DNA from: Candidatus Parcubacteria bacterium
GTDB taxonomy: Bacteria; Patescibacteriota; Minisyncoccia; Phycocordibacterales; CAYZPE01
Assembly (NCBI GenBank): GCA_046050145.1
Contig: JBJOQC010000040.1
Coordinates: 1-45,162, forward strand
Reading direction: 5' to 3'
DNA: 45,162 bases
Under the pieces are notes generated by a model. The model did no database searches, was not told the DNA's origin, and worked only from the letters and a program-made list of their open reading frames with translations. Position numbers and translations under genes: made by a program. Shown piece by piece: positions 23,796 through 32,143 of this stretch. Every line of letters starts with the position of its first letter. The first letter of the stretch is position 1.

Positions 23796-24314
23796 TCAGA
23801 ATTTTTTTCTCAATACCACACCCCACTGTGAAGCACCTCCCGCTCGATCAACTTCACTCACATTAAGAGGAGTAACGACTCGCAAACTCAAGTTCCACGG
23901 AAGCTCGTGATGAAGCACTGGAATAGTGTGATGTTTCCAGATCACCATCCCATCCTTGTAGAACGGATACCTGCCCCTCCGTGCACCCAAATGCAGGATC
24001 CTCGAATCTGAGTAGAGAAAATCTTCCACAGCCCAACTTGAGAATCTCTTTCCTGGACTCTCATCAAAAGAAAATTCTTCTTCACAACACCCACCACCCT
24101 GATTCTCCTGAAGAAGATGTTCCAAACTTCGTTCAGGAAAATCAGGTTGCTCCTTCTCCTTTTCAAACTCTTTTTGTTTCTCAACGTCACGTCTGATCTC
24201 CTCAAATTCGAGGAGACGATTCACAAAATGATCTGCTTCACTCCGAGAAAAAGTCTGCGACACACAACCAGATAAGGCCAGAGTGGCCACAACACAAGAC
24301 ATGAACTTCTTCAT
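23796..24314 (-). CDS. Hypothetical lipoprotein (G+C-enriched gene)
   Basis: Lipobox MKKFMSCVVATLALSGC. 172 aa, with an acidic low-complexity middle and a GGGCCEEE segment. Confidence 0.65.
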   Translation of the reverse strand: MKKFMSCVVATLALSGCVSQTFSRSEADHFVNRLLEFEEIRRDVEKQKEFEKEKEQPDFPERSLEHLLQENQGGGCCEEEFSFDESPGKRFSSWAVEDFLYSDSRILHLGARRGRYPFYKDGMVIWKHHTIPVLHHELPWNLSLRVVTPLNVSEVDRAGGASQWGVVLRKKF

Positions 24315-24415
24315 AGCTAGAGTCCTTCTAAACTATGCCCCATAAGTCTGCCCCCAAGGAATCTTGGAGTGAAACAGACCTATTCCAAGAACTATGCTAG
24401 CCTATAACACATAGT

Positions 24416-24444
24416 TTGACAATTAGTTTATAGTTTGCTATACT
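24416..24444 (+). promoter_or_regulatory. Near-consensus promoter TTGACA-N17-TATACT with TGC extended -10 (csp)
   Basis: TTGACA at 24416-24421 and TGCTATACT at 24436-24444. The resulting leader is about 95 nt. Confidence 0.6.
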
Positions 24445-24545
24445 TCTTGCTGTCAAAATGTGTGTCTATCTAAAGAGTAAAAGGAGGTTGAGTTTTACTT
24501 CAATAGACGTCGTTTTGAAGTATTATTCATCTCACATATCTTACC

Positions 24546-24746
24546 GTGAATACAGGAACAATTAAGTCAAAGAAAGAAAAAGGTTTTGGTTTCATCGCTC
24601 GCGAAGGAGAATCAAAGGATCTTTTCTTTCATGCAAATGAAGTTGTTGGTACTACGTTTGATGCTCTTCGCGAAGGCGATGCAGTAGAATTCGAAGTTGC
24701 CGAGAACGAAAAAGGACTTTACGCTACGAAAGTTTCAAAGGCGTAA
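24546..24746 (+). CDS. cspA: Cold-shock domain protein (CspA family), GTG start
   Basis: KGFGFI (RNP1) and LFFHA (RNP2-like). 66 aa, with a long leader typical of csp genes. Confidence 0.88.
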   Translation: MNTGTIKSKKEKGFGFIAREGESKDLFFHANEVVGTTFDALREGDAVEFEVAENEKGLYATKVSKA

Positions 24747-24758
24747 TCTCTCTTTGTA

Positions 24759-24788
24759 GAACACCCCCAGACGGGGGTGTTTTATTTT
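24759..24788 (+). terminator. Intrinsic terminator
   Basis: ACACCCCC-AGAC-GGGGGTGT followed by a T-rich tract. Confidence 0.8.
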
Positions 24789-24808
24789 GTGATATTGTAC
24801 ATATTGGT

Positions 24809-25528
24809 ATGAAAAAAAGACTCGATATTATACTTACCGAAAAAAACCTCGTGAAAAGCAGAAGTCAGGCTGCTGACCTTATTAAGCGTGGAAAAGTAAC
24901 TGTAGACACGAAAGTCGTCACGAAACCAAGCTTGCTTATTTCACCTGAGGCAGTTACTTCTTTGGATACAAGCGAGCAGTTTGTAAGTAGAGGTGGAATA
25001 AAACTTTCACACGCTCTTAAGGAATTTAATGTATCAATAAAAAATAAAACCTGTATCGATATTGGATCTTCAACTGGTGGTTTTACGGAATGTCTCCTCA
25101 AAAATGAAGCTTTCAAAGTATATGCAGTTGATGTAGGTAAAGATCAGTTTGACCCACACCTTAAAGAAGACCCTCGAGTTATTCTCATGGAACAAACTGA
25201 TATAAGAAAAGCAAGTATTCCAGAAAAAGTAGATTGTATTGTGATTGATGTTTCTTTTATATCACTCACACACATACTTCCAGTACTTGCTCCCCTCCTT
25301 AAAGAAAAGACAGATATCGTATGTCTCATCAAACCTCAATTTGAGGTGGGACGTGATCGTATTCCAAAAAACGGAGTAGTGACAAATGAAAATGATAGAA
25401 AGGAAGTTGTTGAACATATTAAAAAGACAGGAGAAAGTCTTGGGTTCGTTCACAAACAAACAATTGAATCTCCTATCCTCGGAGGTGATGGAAATAAGGA
25501 ATTCTTTATTTATTTTGCTACTATATAA
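24809..25528 (+). CDS. tlyA: TlyA-family rRNA 2'-O-methyltransferase
   Basis: N-terminal S4 domain (RLDIILTEKNLVKSRSQAADLIKRGKV) plus an FtsJ-like SAM fold (VSRGGIKL...CIDIGSSTGGFT). Confidence 0.88.
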   Translation: MKKRLDIILTEKNLVKSRSQAADLIKRGKVTVDTKVVTKPSLLISPEAVTSLDTSEQFVSRGGIKLSHALKEFNVSIKNKTCIDIGSSTGGFTECLLKNEAFKVYAVDVGKDQFDPHLKEDPRVILMEQTDIRKASIPEKVDCIVIDVSFISLTHILPVLAPLLKEKTDIVCLIKPQFEVGRDRIPKNGVVTNENDRKEVVEHIKKTGESLGFVHKQTIESPILGGDGNKEFFIYFATI

Positions 25529-25531
25529 AAT

Positions 25532-26002
25532 ATGAAACGTACATACCTTATTTTTATTTTCGTATTTGCAATAGCTGTTCTTTATATAATTAACGGACAA
25601 GGAGGAGCGACCTTCAAACTTTTCTACTACAACGAACTCGAAGATCGTGAACTTAACAATGGAGAAATAGCCTGCGATACAAGAGCAGTAATGCCAGTAA
25701 TTCGTGATGAGAAAAAAGACATGAGTATAGAATATGTCATAAAAACTCTTATCGAGGGTACCCTTACTCCTGAAGAAAAAATTGCAGGGTTCGATACAGA
25801 ATTTCCAAATCAAAATTTTACCCTCCTCAACACAGAACTAAAAAATGATGTACTGAAACTTACTTTTAGTGAAGTTCCTGGTTTTACATCAGGCGGATCA
25901 TGTCGAGTAGGATTACTCCGTGCACAAATAGAAAAAACAGCTCTTCAGTTTGAAAATGTTAAGGAAGTTATCATACTTCCTGAAGAGATCTTACAACCCT
26001 AA
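25532..26002 (+). CDS. Membrane-anchored GerMN-like domain protein
   Basis: N-terminal TM helix. The C-terminal part resembles GerMN (LIEG.LT.EE...G..T..P......L......L.L.FS.....GGSC....L..QI..T..QF..V..V.I). Confidence 0.5.
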   Translation: MKRTYLIFIFVFAIAVLYIINGQGGATFKLFYYNELEDRELNNGEIACDTRAVMPVIRDEKKDMSIEYVIKTLIEGTLTPEEKIAGFDTEFPNQNFTLLNTELKNDVLKLTFSEVPGFTSGGSCRVGLLRAQIEKTALQFENVKEVIILPEEILQP

Positions 26003-26397
26003 GACCTTAGCCACACAAGAGCTTCTTCTGAAGTTTTAAAAGATTCAAGAGGTGTTGCTACACCTGAGTAGGCAGTCAAAGCATCTTTTGCTGCAAATAT
26101 AAAAGGATTTGCACCAATAAGTGCTATTTTTGAAGTATATGGTTCGTCATGCCTTAAAAGAGCAGCTAGTAATCCAAAAGCCTCAGGCTTGTACTCTTTA
26201 AGATTTGAAACATCAACAAGTACTGGAATAGGTTGTCTAAGCTTCTCATACAAACTATGGATAGTACCTTTTGTTGTTTCTACCCAGATAGTAAATTCAT
26301 TCACATCTTCTTCCGTAATAATAGAACCGATCGAAAGATATACCGTGTCATCTTGTATGCGTGTGGTGAATTTCATATTCACAACTATACCAAACAT
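25999..26397 (-). CDS. Hypothetical protein (possibly STAS/SpoIIAA-like)
   Basis: 132-aa ORF overlapping the stop of the convergent gene by 4 nt. The fold assignment is a guess from sequence pattern only. Confidence 0.45.
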   Translation of the reverse strand: MFGIVVNMKFTTRIQDDTVYLSIGSIITEEDVNEFTIWVETTKGTIHSLYEKLRQPIPVLVDVSNLKEYKPEAFGLLAALLRHDEPYTSKIALIGANPFIFAAKDALTAYSGVATPLESFKTSEEALVWLRS

Positions 26398-26456
26398 TTG
26401 AAATAAAGGTGTGTATAATTAAAAGATAAAGGTCGTTTTATATATAAAAATCATAC

Positions 26457-26690
26457 ATGTTTAAACATAAATTCAACCTCACAACACTCGCATGGTTGCT
26501 TGTTGTGATAGGAGCTATAAACTGGGGTATCTTGGGACTTTCTGCACTTTTTGGAAAACTAGATGTGAATGTAGTTGCAATGATTCTTGAAGGCTCAAGT
26601 ACTCTCGAAGCTATTGTCTACGTTCTTGTTGGTATTGCTGGTATTAAAGTTCTTTTTGATGGATGCAATTGCGACAAGTGCCGAGTTTAA
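26457..26690 (+). CDS. DUF378-family small membrane protein
   Basis: LAWLLVVIGAINWGILGL is the hallmark of DUF378. There are two TM helices and a Cys-rich tail (CNCDKC). Confidence 0.7.
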   Translation: MFKHKFNLTTLAWLLVVIGAINWGILGLSALFGKLDVNVVAMILEGSSTLEAIVYVLVGIAGIKVLFDGCNCDKCRV

Positions 26691-26706
26691 TACAGCCCTA
26701 AAATAA

Positions 26707-26739
26707 AACCACCCCTTTTGAGGGGTGGTTTTATTTTTT
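26707..26739. terminator. Bidirectional intrinsic terminator
   Basis: AACCACCCCT-TTTG-AGGGGTGGTT with flanking A and T runs. It abuts the stop of the minus-strand gene. Confidence 0.75.
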
Positions 26740-27405
26740 ATAAACCTTAGACGCAACGAAACCTTTTTGAGGAGACCATGAAGATGCATACCCTTTTATA
26801 TGTTTTGTTTTAGCGTCATAAATTTCATAATAATTTTTACTTATTTTTAAAACAATAATATCTTTTGGGTGAGAAATAATCTTTTCAGATTTTAAACAAG
26901 CCTCTTTAATAGACCACAGTATTGTTGCCTCTATGTTACGATTATCAATTTTTTTATAACGAATTACATCTTCTATCTCTCGAGCTTCAAGAAATGCCTT
27001 AAGAAAACTCTTTCTAAAGTTCCTAACCTTTTCAACATGAACACCCAGAGACCCTTCTAGGTTAGTTTGAGCAATACCACCAATAGCAATATTTCTTACA
27101 TGTGAAAAAGATATATTTGTCTGTTGTTCTTCTCGAATATACTTACCTTTTAAAATTCTATAGATAGGAGTACCCGAATCTCTTTCAGAAATATCAATCA
27201 TATTCCAAGGAATATTTCTATTTCGATTCTTTTTAAAATAAAGCTGGATTGCCTTTTTAGTTGCAATACGTTCTGTAAACCACATATACGCCCTCGCTTT
27301 ATTTGAAAAGGAAGTATAAATTATTTGCTCTCGTGATGTTAAATACAAAGCAACATCACCACGAGTAATTTTTCTTTTTTGAGGAAGAGAAACAATAAAT
27401 GACAT
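26731..27405 (-). CDS. Sfp-type 4'-phosphopantetheinyl transferase-like protein with an altered metal-site motif
   Basis: WSIKEACLK (W.KEA..K) lies about 40 residues after LGVHVEKV, which occupies the place of the G(I/V)D(I/V)E motif. So His replaces the conserved Asp. Confidence 0.5.
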   Translation of the reverse strand: MSFIVSLPQKRKITRGDVALYLTSREQIIYTSFSNKARAYMWFTERIATKKAIQLYFKKNRNRNIPWNMIDISERDSGTPIYRILKGKYIREEQQTNISFSHVRNIAIGGIAQTNLEGSLGVHVEKVRNFRKSFLKAFLEAREIEDVIRYKKIDNRNIEATILWSIKEACLKSEKIISHPKDIIVLKISKNYYEIYDAKTKHIKGYASSWSPQKGFVASKVYKK

Positions 27406-27423
27406 ATTTTATAGAGGTCTTAA

Positions 27424-27454
27424 AAACAAAAAAATCTGTGTTCTACACAGATTT
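27424..27454 (-). terminator. Intrinsic terminator ending the FecR-cyclase-membrane protein operon
   Basis: Minus-strand stem AAATCTGTG/CACAGATTT followed by T7. Confidence 0.7.
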
Positions 27455-27489
27455 CGATGTCAACAATATATATAATTTATTTTATTATG

Positions 27490-27951
27490 TCAAATATATT
27501 TTCCCCCTTCTTCTTTGTATCCAAAAGGTTTCAATTGTACTGCAATCCCTATTGCTAGAGCGATAATCACTAGATTTTTTATAATATACTGACCTTCAAG
27601 AGTTGGAACTAAGAAACTTTGCCATGCAATTTGAGGAAGAAGTATGAGTGGCATACAGGTTGTAATCATGTGTGGCACAAGAAGTAGAATTGCAAAACGT
27701 TCACAACGAGGAATTAAGAAACAAATACCAATAAGCATCTCCCACACACCAAGAAAGATAATGAATTGACCAAAACTAATAAAAGGAAGGGTTTTCTCTA
27801 GAAGGTCTGAGACAATTGGATTTGCCGGACTTACATCAATAAGCTTTAAAATACCGAACCAAAAAAAGACAATGAAAAGTGCAAGACGTGAATAAGGAAT
27901 AAATATCTTTTTTGCTGTCGATATAATTGAATTATCTATTTTTTGAAGCAT
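27490..27951 (-). CDS. Polytopic membrane protein (DoxX/YkgB-like, uncertain)
   Basis: 153 aa with four predicted TM helices. It starts 26 nt downstream of the cyclase gene. Confidence 0.5.
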   Translation of the reverse strand: MLQKIDNSIISTAKKIFIPYSRLALFIVFFWFGILKLIDVSPANPIVSDLLEKTLPFISFGQFIIFLGVWEMLIGICFLIPRCERFAILLLVPHMITTCMPLILLPQIAWQSFLVPTLEGQYIIKNLVIIALAIGIAVQLKPFGYKEEGGKYI

Positions 27952-27977
27952 GTACTAAGTATATAACACACATACAC

Positions 27978-29861
27978 CTACTTATCCTTAAACTCATACA
28001 CACCCTGCCAATTCTCTGGCGGATTTTCTTTGTATTTTTTACAACGTTCAAGATAAAGAGATATAGGCTGATCAGATGGATTATCTTTATAGATAGATTC
28101 AAAAATCTCTTGAGCTTTTCCAAATTCACCTCTCGTATACAAGTCTCGAGCCTTTTTCCAATCTTCTAAGAGAGTATTTGTATCCAAAATATCAAAAATC
28201 CTTCGAGGTTCTTTTTTACCCTTCACAAGTACTAAATCCAAATCACGAAATATAAAATCTTTTGAGACAACCCCTTTTGTTACCGACTCAGACACGAGAC
28301 AAGGGGCACCGTACTGTTTTGTAATCCCTTCAAGGCGTGACGCAAAATTTACCTCATCACCCATCACAGTATAATTGAATCTCTTCGATGACCCCATATT
28401 TCCTACAACCACCCTTCCCTTATTAAGCCCGATTCCAATATGAAGCTCTGGCCAGCCTCTTTTTATCCAGTCCACATTAAGCTCAATTAGTTTCTGCTTC
28501 ATACGAAGAGCTGCTTTGCATGCCCTATCCGCCTGCTTCTCGTCAGTAAGTGGAGCACCCCAAAAAGCCATAACAGCGTCTCCTATATATTTATCCACCA
28601 CACCACCCTCTTCCATCACTATGTCTGTCATAGCAGTTAAGTACTCATTAAGAAGTGCTGTTAACTCTTTTGGAGACAGCGCTTCAGAGATTGTGGTAAA
28701 GCCTCTAATATCTGAAAACAAAATAGTCATTTCTCGCTCTTCTCCACCCAAGGAGACTTTAGAAGGGTCTTTAATCAAGTCGTCAATAACATCAGGAGTA
28801 AGATAGTACTGAAAAACCTTTCGAATAAAACGTTTCTCTTTTGATTCAAATACATACTGAAACAGCACGAGAACAATGAAAGAGAGTATGTACGAAAGTT
28901 CAAGATACAAAACAGGAACAACAATCTTGTACGAAAACAGCACAAGACTTGTTCCTAAAATTAAAAGAATAGAAAACGCGAGACCTCCCACAAAAAACAA
29001 AAGATGCTTAGAGACATACACAAGAGCCATCGCACAAAAAGCTACAATAAAAATTAGAAAGGTACCTACCATAAAAGAAACTTCTTTAAAAAAATTACCT
29101 TCGATAATCGTATGTAATGCATTCGCATGAAATTCAACCCCGGACATTCTTCCAAAAGGAGTGGGTACAAAATCCTGAAGACTTGGTGCTGTTGCACCCA
29201 CAAACACATAAGCATCTACAAATAATCTTTCAGGCACCTTACCCTGAAGCACATCAATAAGGGGTAAGGTAACAAAGGTTTTTTCAGGCCCTCTATAATC
29301 AATACGAACACTTTGTGCAATATCTTCAACAACACGGTCAGCACTCGCAAAAGCAAATACTGGGTACGAACCAACAACTAAAGGTGTTTTGCGCATTACC
29401 CCATCTGAATCAGGGAATACATTCACAGCTCCTACGCTACTATTTTGTTGTGATAACACAGAAATTGGCTGTACTGTAACAAGTCCTTGTTTATTAAGCT
29501 CAACAGGGAAAACAACTGGGACTTTACTTACTTCAAGTTTTTGAGCAAAAAGCACATCATCAGACACTCCATATCGAGAGGTCTCAGAGAAATTAATATC
29601 GAAAGCAACACCTTTCGCTTGCTGCAATTTTTGAAGTAGATCGCCAAAGACTTCACGTCGCCACGGCCATTGTCCAAGTTCCGCAATACTTCGATCATCT
29701 ATAGCAACAATAATAATATTTTGAGTAGGATTTTCTCTGATTAAAAATCGATCAATTATTTTTTCTTCAAATGTATCGAAAAAAGAAAAATAATATACTA
29801 GACCGACACAGACAACACAGCACAACGTAAGAAAGAATGAATGTAAAAATCTCTTATTCAT
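27978..29861 (-). CDS. CHASE2-sensor class III adenylate/guanylate cyclase
   Basis: N-terminal TM helix, a periplasmic CHASE2-like region, three TM helices, then the cyclase core (ILFSDIRGFTTISE, DKYIGDAVMAFWGAP, GIGLNKGRVVVGNMGS..RFNYTVMGDEVNFASRLE). Confidence 0.88.
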   Translation of the reverse strand: MNKRFLHSFFLTLCCVVCVGLVYYFSFFDTFEEKIIDRFLIRENPTQNIIIVAIDDRSIAELGQWPWRREVFGDLLQKLQQAKGVAFDINFSETSRYGVSDDVLFAQKLEVSKVPVVFPVELNKQGLVTVQPISVLSQQNSSVGAVNVFPDSDGVMRKTPLVVGSYPVFAFASADRVVEDIAQSVRIDYRGPEKTFVTLPLIDVLQGKVPERLFVDAYVFVGATAPSLQDFVPTPFGRMSGVEFHANALHTIIEGNFFKEVSFMVGTFLIFIVAFCAMALVYVSKHLLFFVGGLAFSILLILGTSLVLFSYKIVVPVLYLELSYILSFIVLVLFQYVFESKEKRFIRKVFQYYLTPDVIDDLIKDPSKVSLGGEEREMTILFSDIRGFTTISEALSPKELTALLNEYLTAMTDIVMEEGGVVDKYIGDAVMAFWGAPLTDEKQADRACKAALRMKQKLIELNVDWIKRGWPELHIGIGLNKGRVVVGNMGSSKRFNYTVMGDEVNFASRLEGITKQYGAPCLVSESVTKGVVSKDFIFRDLDLVLVKGKKEPRRIFDILDTNTLLEDWKKARDLYTRGEFGKAQEIFESIYKDNPSDQPISLYLERCKKYKENPPENWQGVYEFKDK

Positions 29862-29868
29862 TATGAGT

Positions 29869-30936
29869 TTATGGTTTTCCTGTTATAAAACCATCTTGGT
29901 TAGGATTTTCCTCAAATACTGAAGCGCTCCTATCGAGAACTTTAATTGCTTTTGCAGATGTAGAAACAGTATTTGAAATATCTATCACAGAAATATCATA
30001 TATTCCTGGAGGGATATTTACTTGAGTAATATCAAACTGAATTTTTGAATCACTTACAACACTAAATTTTGGAACTGTTTGCTTACCCACAACAACAGCC
30101 TGAGCCTTGAGAAAACCTCGACCTGTAAGAGTTACCAGAAAGCTATTTTGAGTAAAAGGTACTTCAGTAGGTAATACAGAAATAAGCGATAGTGTTGAAA
30201 CTGGAGCAGAAGTAGGTGCGACAGTAACAGGCGCTACTACTGGTTTTTCAACTTGAGGGACTTGTTTGACTGTAAGTTTTTGAGGTGTAGAAGTAGAAAC
30301 TTGATCTTCAAAAATAAAATCGGGATTATTTTTTAAAAACCAATCTGTTGCTTCGTTTTTAGTAATTTTACTTTTAACAGCTCTTCCACTTGCCACAACA
30401 ACCTTCTCTCCAGCAGCTACAATAATCTCTGTATCGAGAATAATGTCATTTGTTTTTTCGTCTTTTTGCCAGACAACAACTTCTCCTTCAGTAACCATAA
30501 GTAATGTTACGTTATACAAGAAAGAAACACCGAAAGAAGTACCCCGGACAGCAGCTCTCACATTTCCTGTTTCGATTTCATAGAACTCCCCTTTTTCCAA
30601 AAGTTTTTGTGTTCGTGCCCAAAGCTTACCTCCCTCAAGCACAAAAATACTTCCTTCTTTTGAGACCTCTTTTATTAAAAGAGAGCTCGAGGGATCTACA
30701 TATGTAGTATGCCCTCCCTCAATAAGAGCTGTACCTGTCTTGTCTGTTTTAACAACATCTCCAGAAGAAATAGGTTCTACTTTACTAATAACACTTTCTT
30801 TTTCTTCTGATATTACAAATACACCAGACTGAAGAGGGTTTACCTGTTGTAAAACAACCTCTTTTTCTTTAAAAGATGTAGAAATAAAAACTATAGCGAG
30901 ACCTGCAATAATAAAACCCAAGAGTACTTTTTTCAT
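29869..30936 (-). CDS. FecR-domain protein with a C-terminal IPT/TIG-like domain
   Basis: Signal/TM segment, a FecR-like beta region (GDVVKTDKTGTALIE....V..SS.L......G.LWAR...........ETGNVRAAVRGTSFGV), a Pro/Val-rich linker and an Ig-like tail. Confidence 0.7.
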   Translation of the reverse strand: MKKVLLGFIIAGLAIVFISTSFKEKEVVLQQVNPLQSGVFVISEEKESVISKVEPISSGDVVKTDKTGTALIEGGHTTYVDPSSSLLIKEVSKEGSIFVLEGGKLWARTQKLLEKGEFYEIETGNVRAAVRGTSFGVSFLYNVTLLMVTEGEVVVWQKDEKTNDIILDTEIIVAAGEKVVVASGRAVKSKITKNEATDWFLKNNPDFIFEDQVSTSTPQKLTVKQVPQVEKPVVAPVTVAPTSAPVSTLSLISVLPTEVPFTQNSFLVTLTGRGFLKAQAVVVGKQTVPKFSVVSDSKIQFDITQVNIPPGIYDISVIDISNTVSTSAKAIKVLDRSASVFEENPNQDGFITGKP

Positions 30937-30956
30937 ACACCTACTCTACCACAAAC

Positions 30957-31601
30957 TTATTCCAAAGTAAGATGCTCATCTTCGAGAGAAAAATCTCCAA
31001 TACGAGTACGACGAAGAGATTTTATTGTTGCAGGAACATTAAGGCGACGGCCAATTTCTTCTGCAAGTGAACGAATATAAGTACCACTTCCAACATCAAA
31101 TACTACTTTGAGAACAGCCTTATTTCCTTCTGTATGATATTCAATAAGCTCAGCAGATCTTACCTCCATCGGTTTTATAGGAGTTTCAAAAATTTCACCT
31201 TTACGAGCTCGCTTATAAAGAGGAGTACCTTTTACCTTAATAGCAGAATAGGCTGGGACAGGAAGTTCTAAGACCCCACGGAGTGTCTGTACCACATGCT
31301 GAACATCAAGAAGAGCCACTTCAACAGAACTTTCTTGAATAATATTTCCTGTAATATCACCACTATCTGTCGAGGTACCAAGGAGAATTTCTGCACTGTA
31401 TGTCTTTGGTAATTTTAAAAATTGAGTTAGTTTCTTTGTCGCATCTTCTAATGCAATAATCATGAGACCTGTCGCAAGAGGATCGAGAGTTCCTGCATGC
31501 CCCATTTTTTTAATACCAAGCTTAATACGAAGTTTTCGTATCACATCAAATGATGTTATACCTTGGGGTTTATCAACTAAAATAATTCCCTCTTCTTTCA
31601 T
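30957..31601 (-). CDS. truB: tRNA pseudouridine(55) synthase
   Basis: GHAGTLDPLATGLM (catalytic Asp motif) and GTYIRSL. 214 aa. Confidence 0.9.
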   Translation of the reverse strand: MKEEGIILVDKPQGITSFDVIRKLRIKLGIKKMGHAGTLDPLATGLMIIALEDATKKLTQFLKLPKTYSAEILLGTSTDSGDITGNIIQESSVEVALLDVQHVVQTLRGVLELPVPAYSAIKVKGTPLYKRARKGEIFETPIKPMEVRSAELIEYHTEGNKAVLKVVFDVGSGTYIRSLAEEIGRRLNVPATIKSLRRTRIGDFSLEDEHLTLE

Positions 31602-31607
31602 ATAATT

Positions 31608-32018
31608 TTAAAATTCAAGATGTCGAACCAAAAATGAGACAGCTCGAGAGAGAGTGCCTTTTTTATTTTGAGGTTTAGATGTAGAAGATATATTTTGAGG
31701 AGGATTAAAATATCGTTCAGCGTGTATGGTTTGAACCGAAACTTCATGGGGAGTATTCACTTGTTTTGCAATACGTATCTTCTCGTCCTTACGAGCCTTT
31801 TCAACCACAGAATGACGAGTACGATGGGTTATTTTTTGAGTTTTACCTGCCATTACATCATCCACATTCAAGTGTTCAAACTCAAGCTTTTCATCATACA
31901 CCTCACCATCAATACTCAAAGAAATGCTATCGAACATCTCTAAAATAGAATCAACCTCCTTCTGAAGACGAGGAAATTTATGGTTTTTTATGTCTTTTTG
32001 GTCTTGATTTGCTTGCAT
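31608..32018 (-). CDS. Hypothetical protein
   Basis: 136-aa ORF immediately upstream of truB (6-nt gap). I recognise no motif. Confidence 0.5.
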   Translation of the reverse strand: MQANQDQKDIKNHKFPRLQKEVDSILEMFDSISLSIDGEVYDEKLEFEHLNVDDVMAGKTQKITHRTRHSVVEKARKDEKIRIAKQVNTPHEVSVQTIHAERYFNPPQNISSTSKPQNKKGTLSRAVSFLVRHLEF

Positions 32019-32086
32019 TGATCCTTTCTAATTTCGAGCAGAATAATATCATTATTAAAAGATAATGTCAATAAAATTGAGGTATG

Positions 32087-32127
32087 AAAAAAGGCGCTCT
32101 CCATAGAGCGCCTTTTGATTTTTTTGA
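32087..32127. terminator. Bidirectional intrinsic terminator
   Basis: AAAAGGCGCTCT-CCAT-AGAGCGCCTTTT with flanking A and T runs. Confidence 0.8.
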
Positions 32128-32143
32128 GTAGATTACTCCACTC

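Noticed and set aside
24488-24568. An out-of-frame 26-codon uORF starting at TTG directly after the AAGGAGG in the csp leader.
   Set aside because: The start codon abuts the SD with zero spacing, and there is no supporting evidence. I mention it only as an alternative under the csp leader finding.
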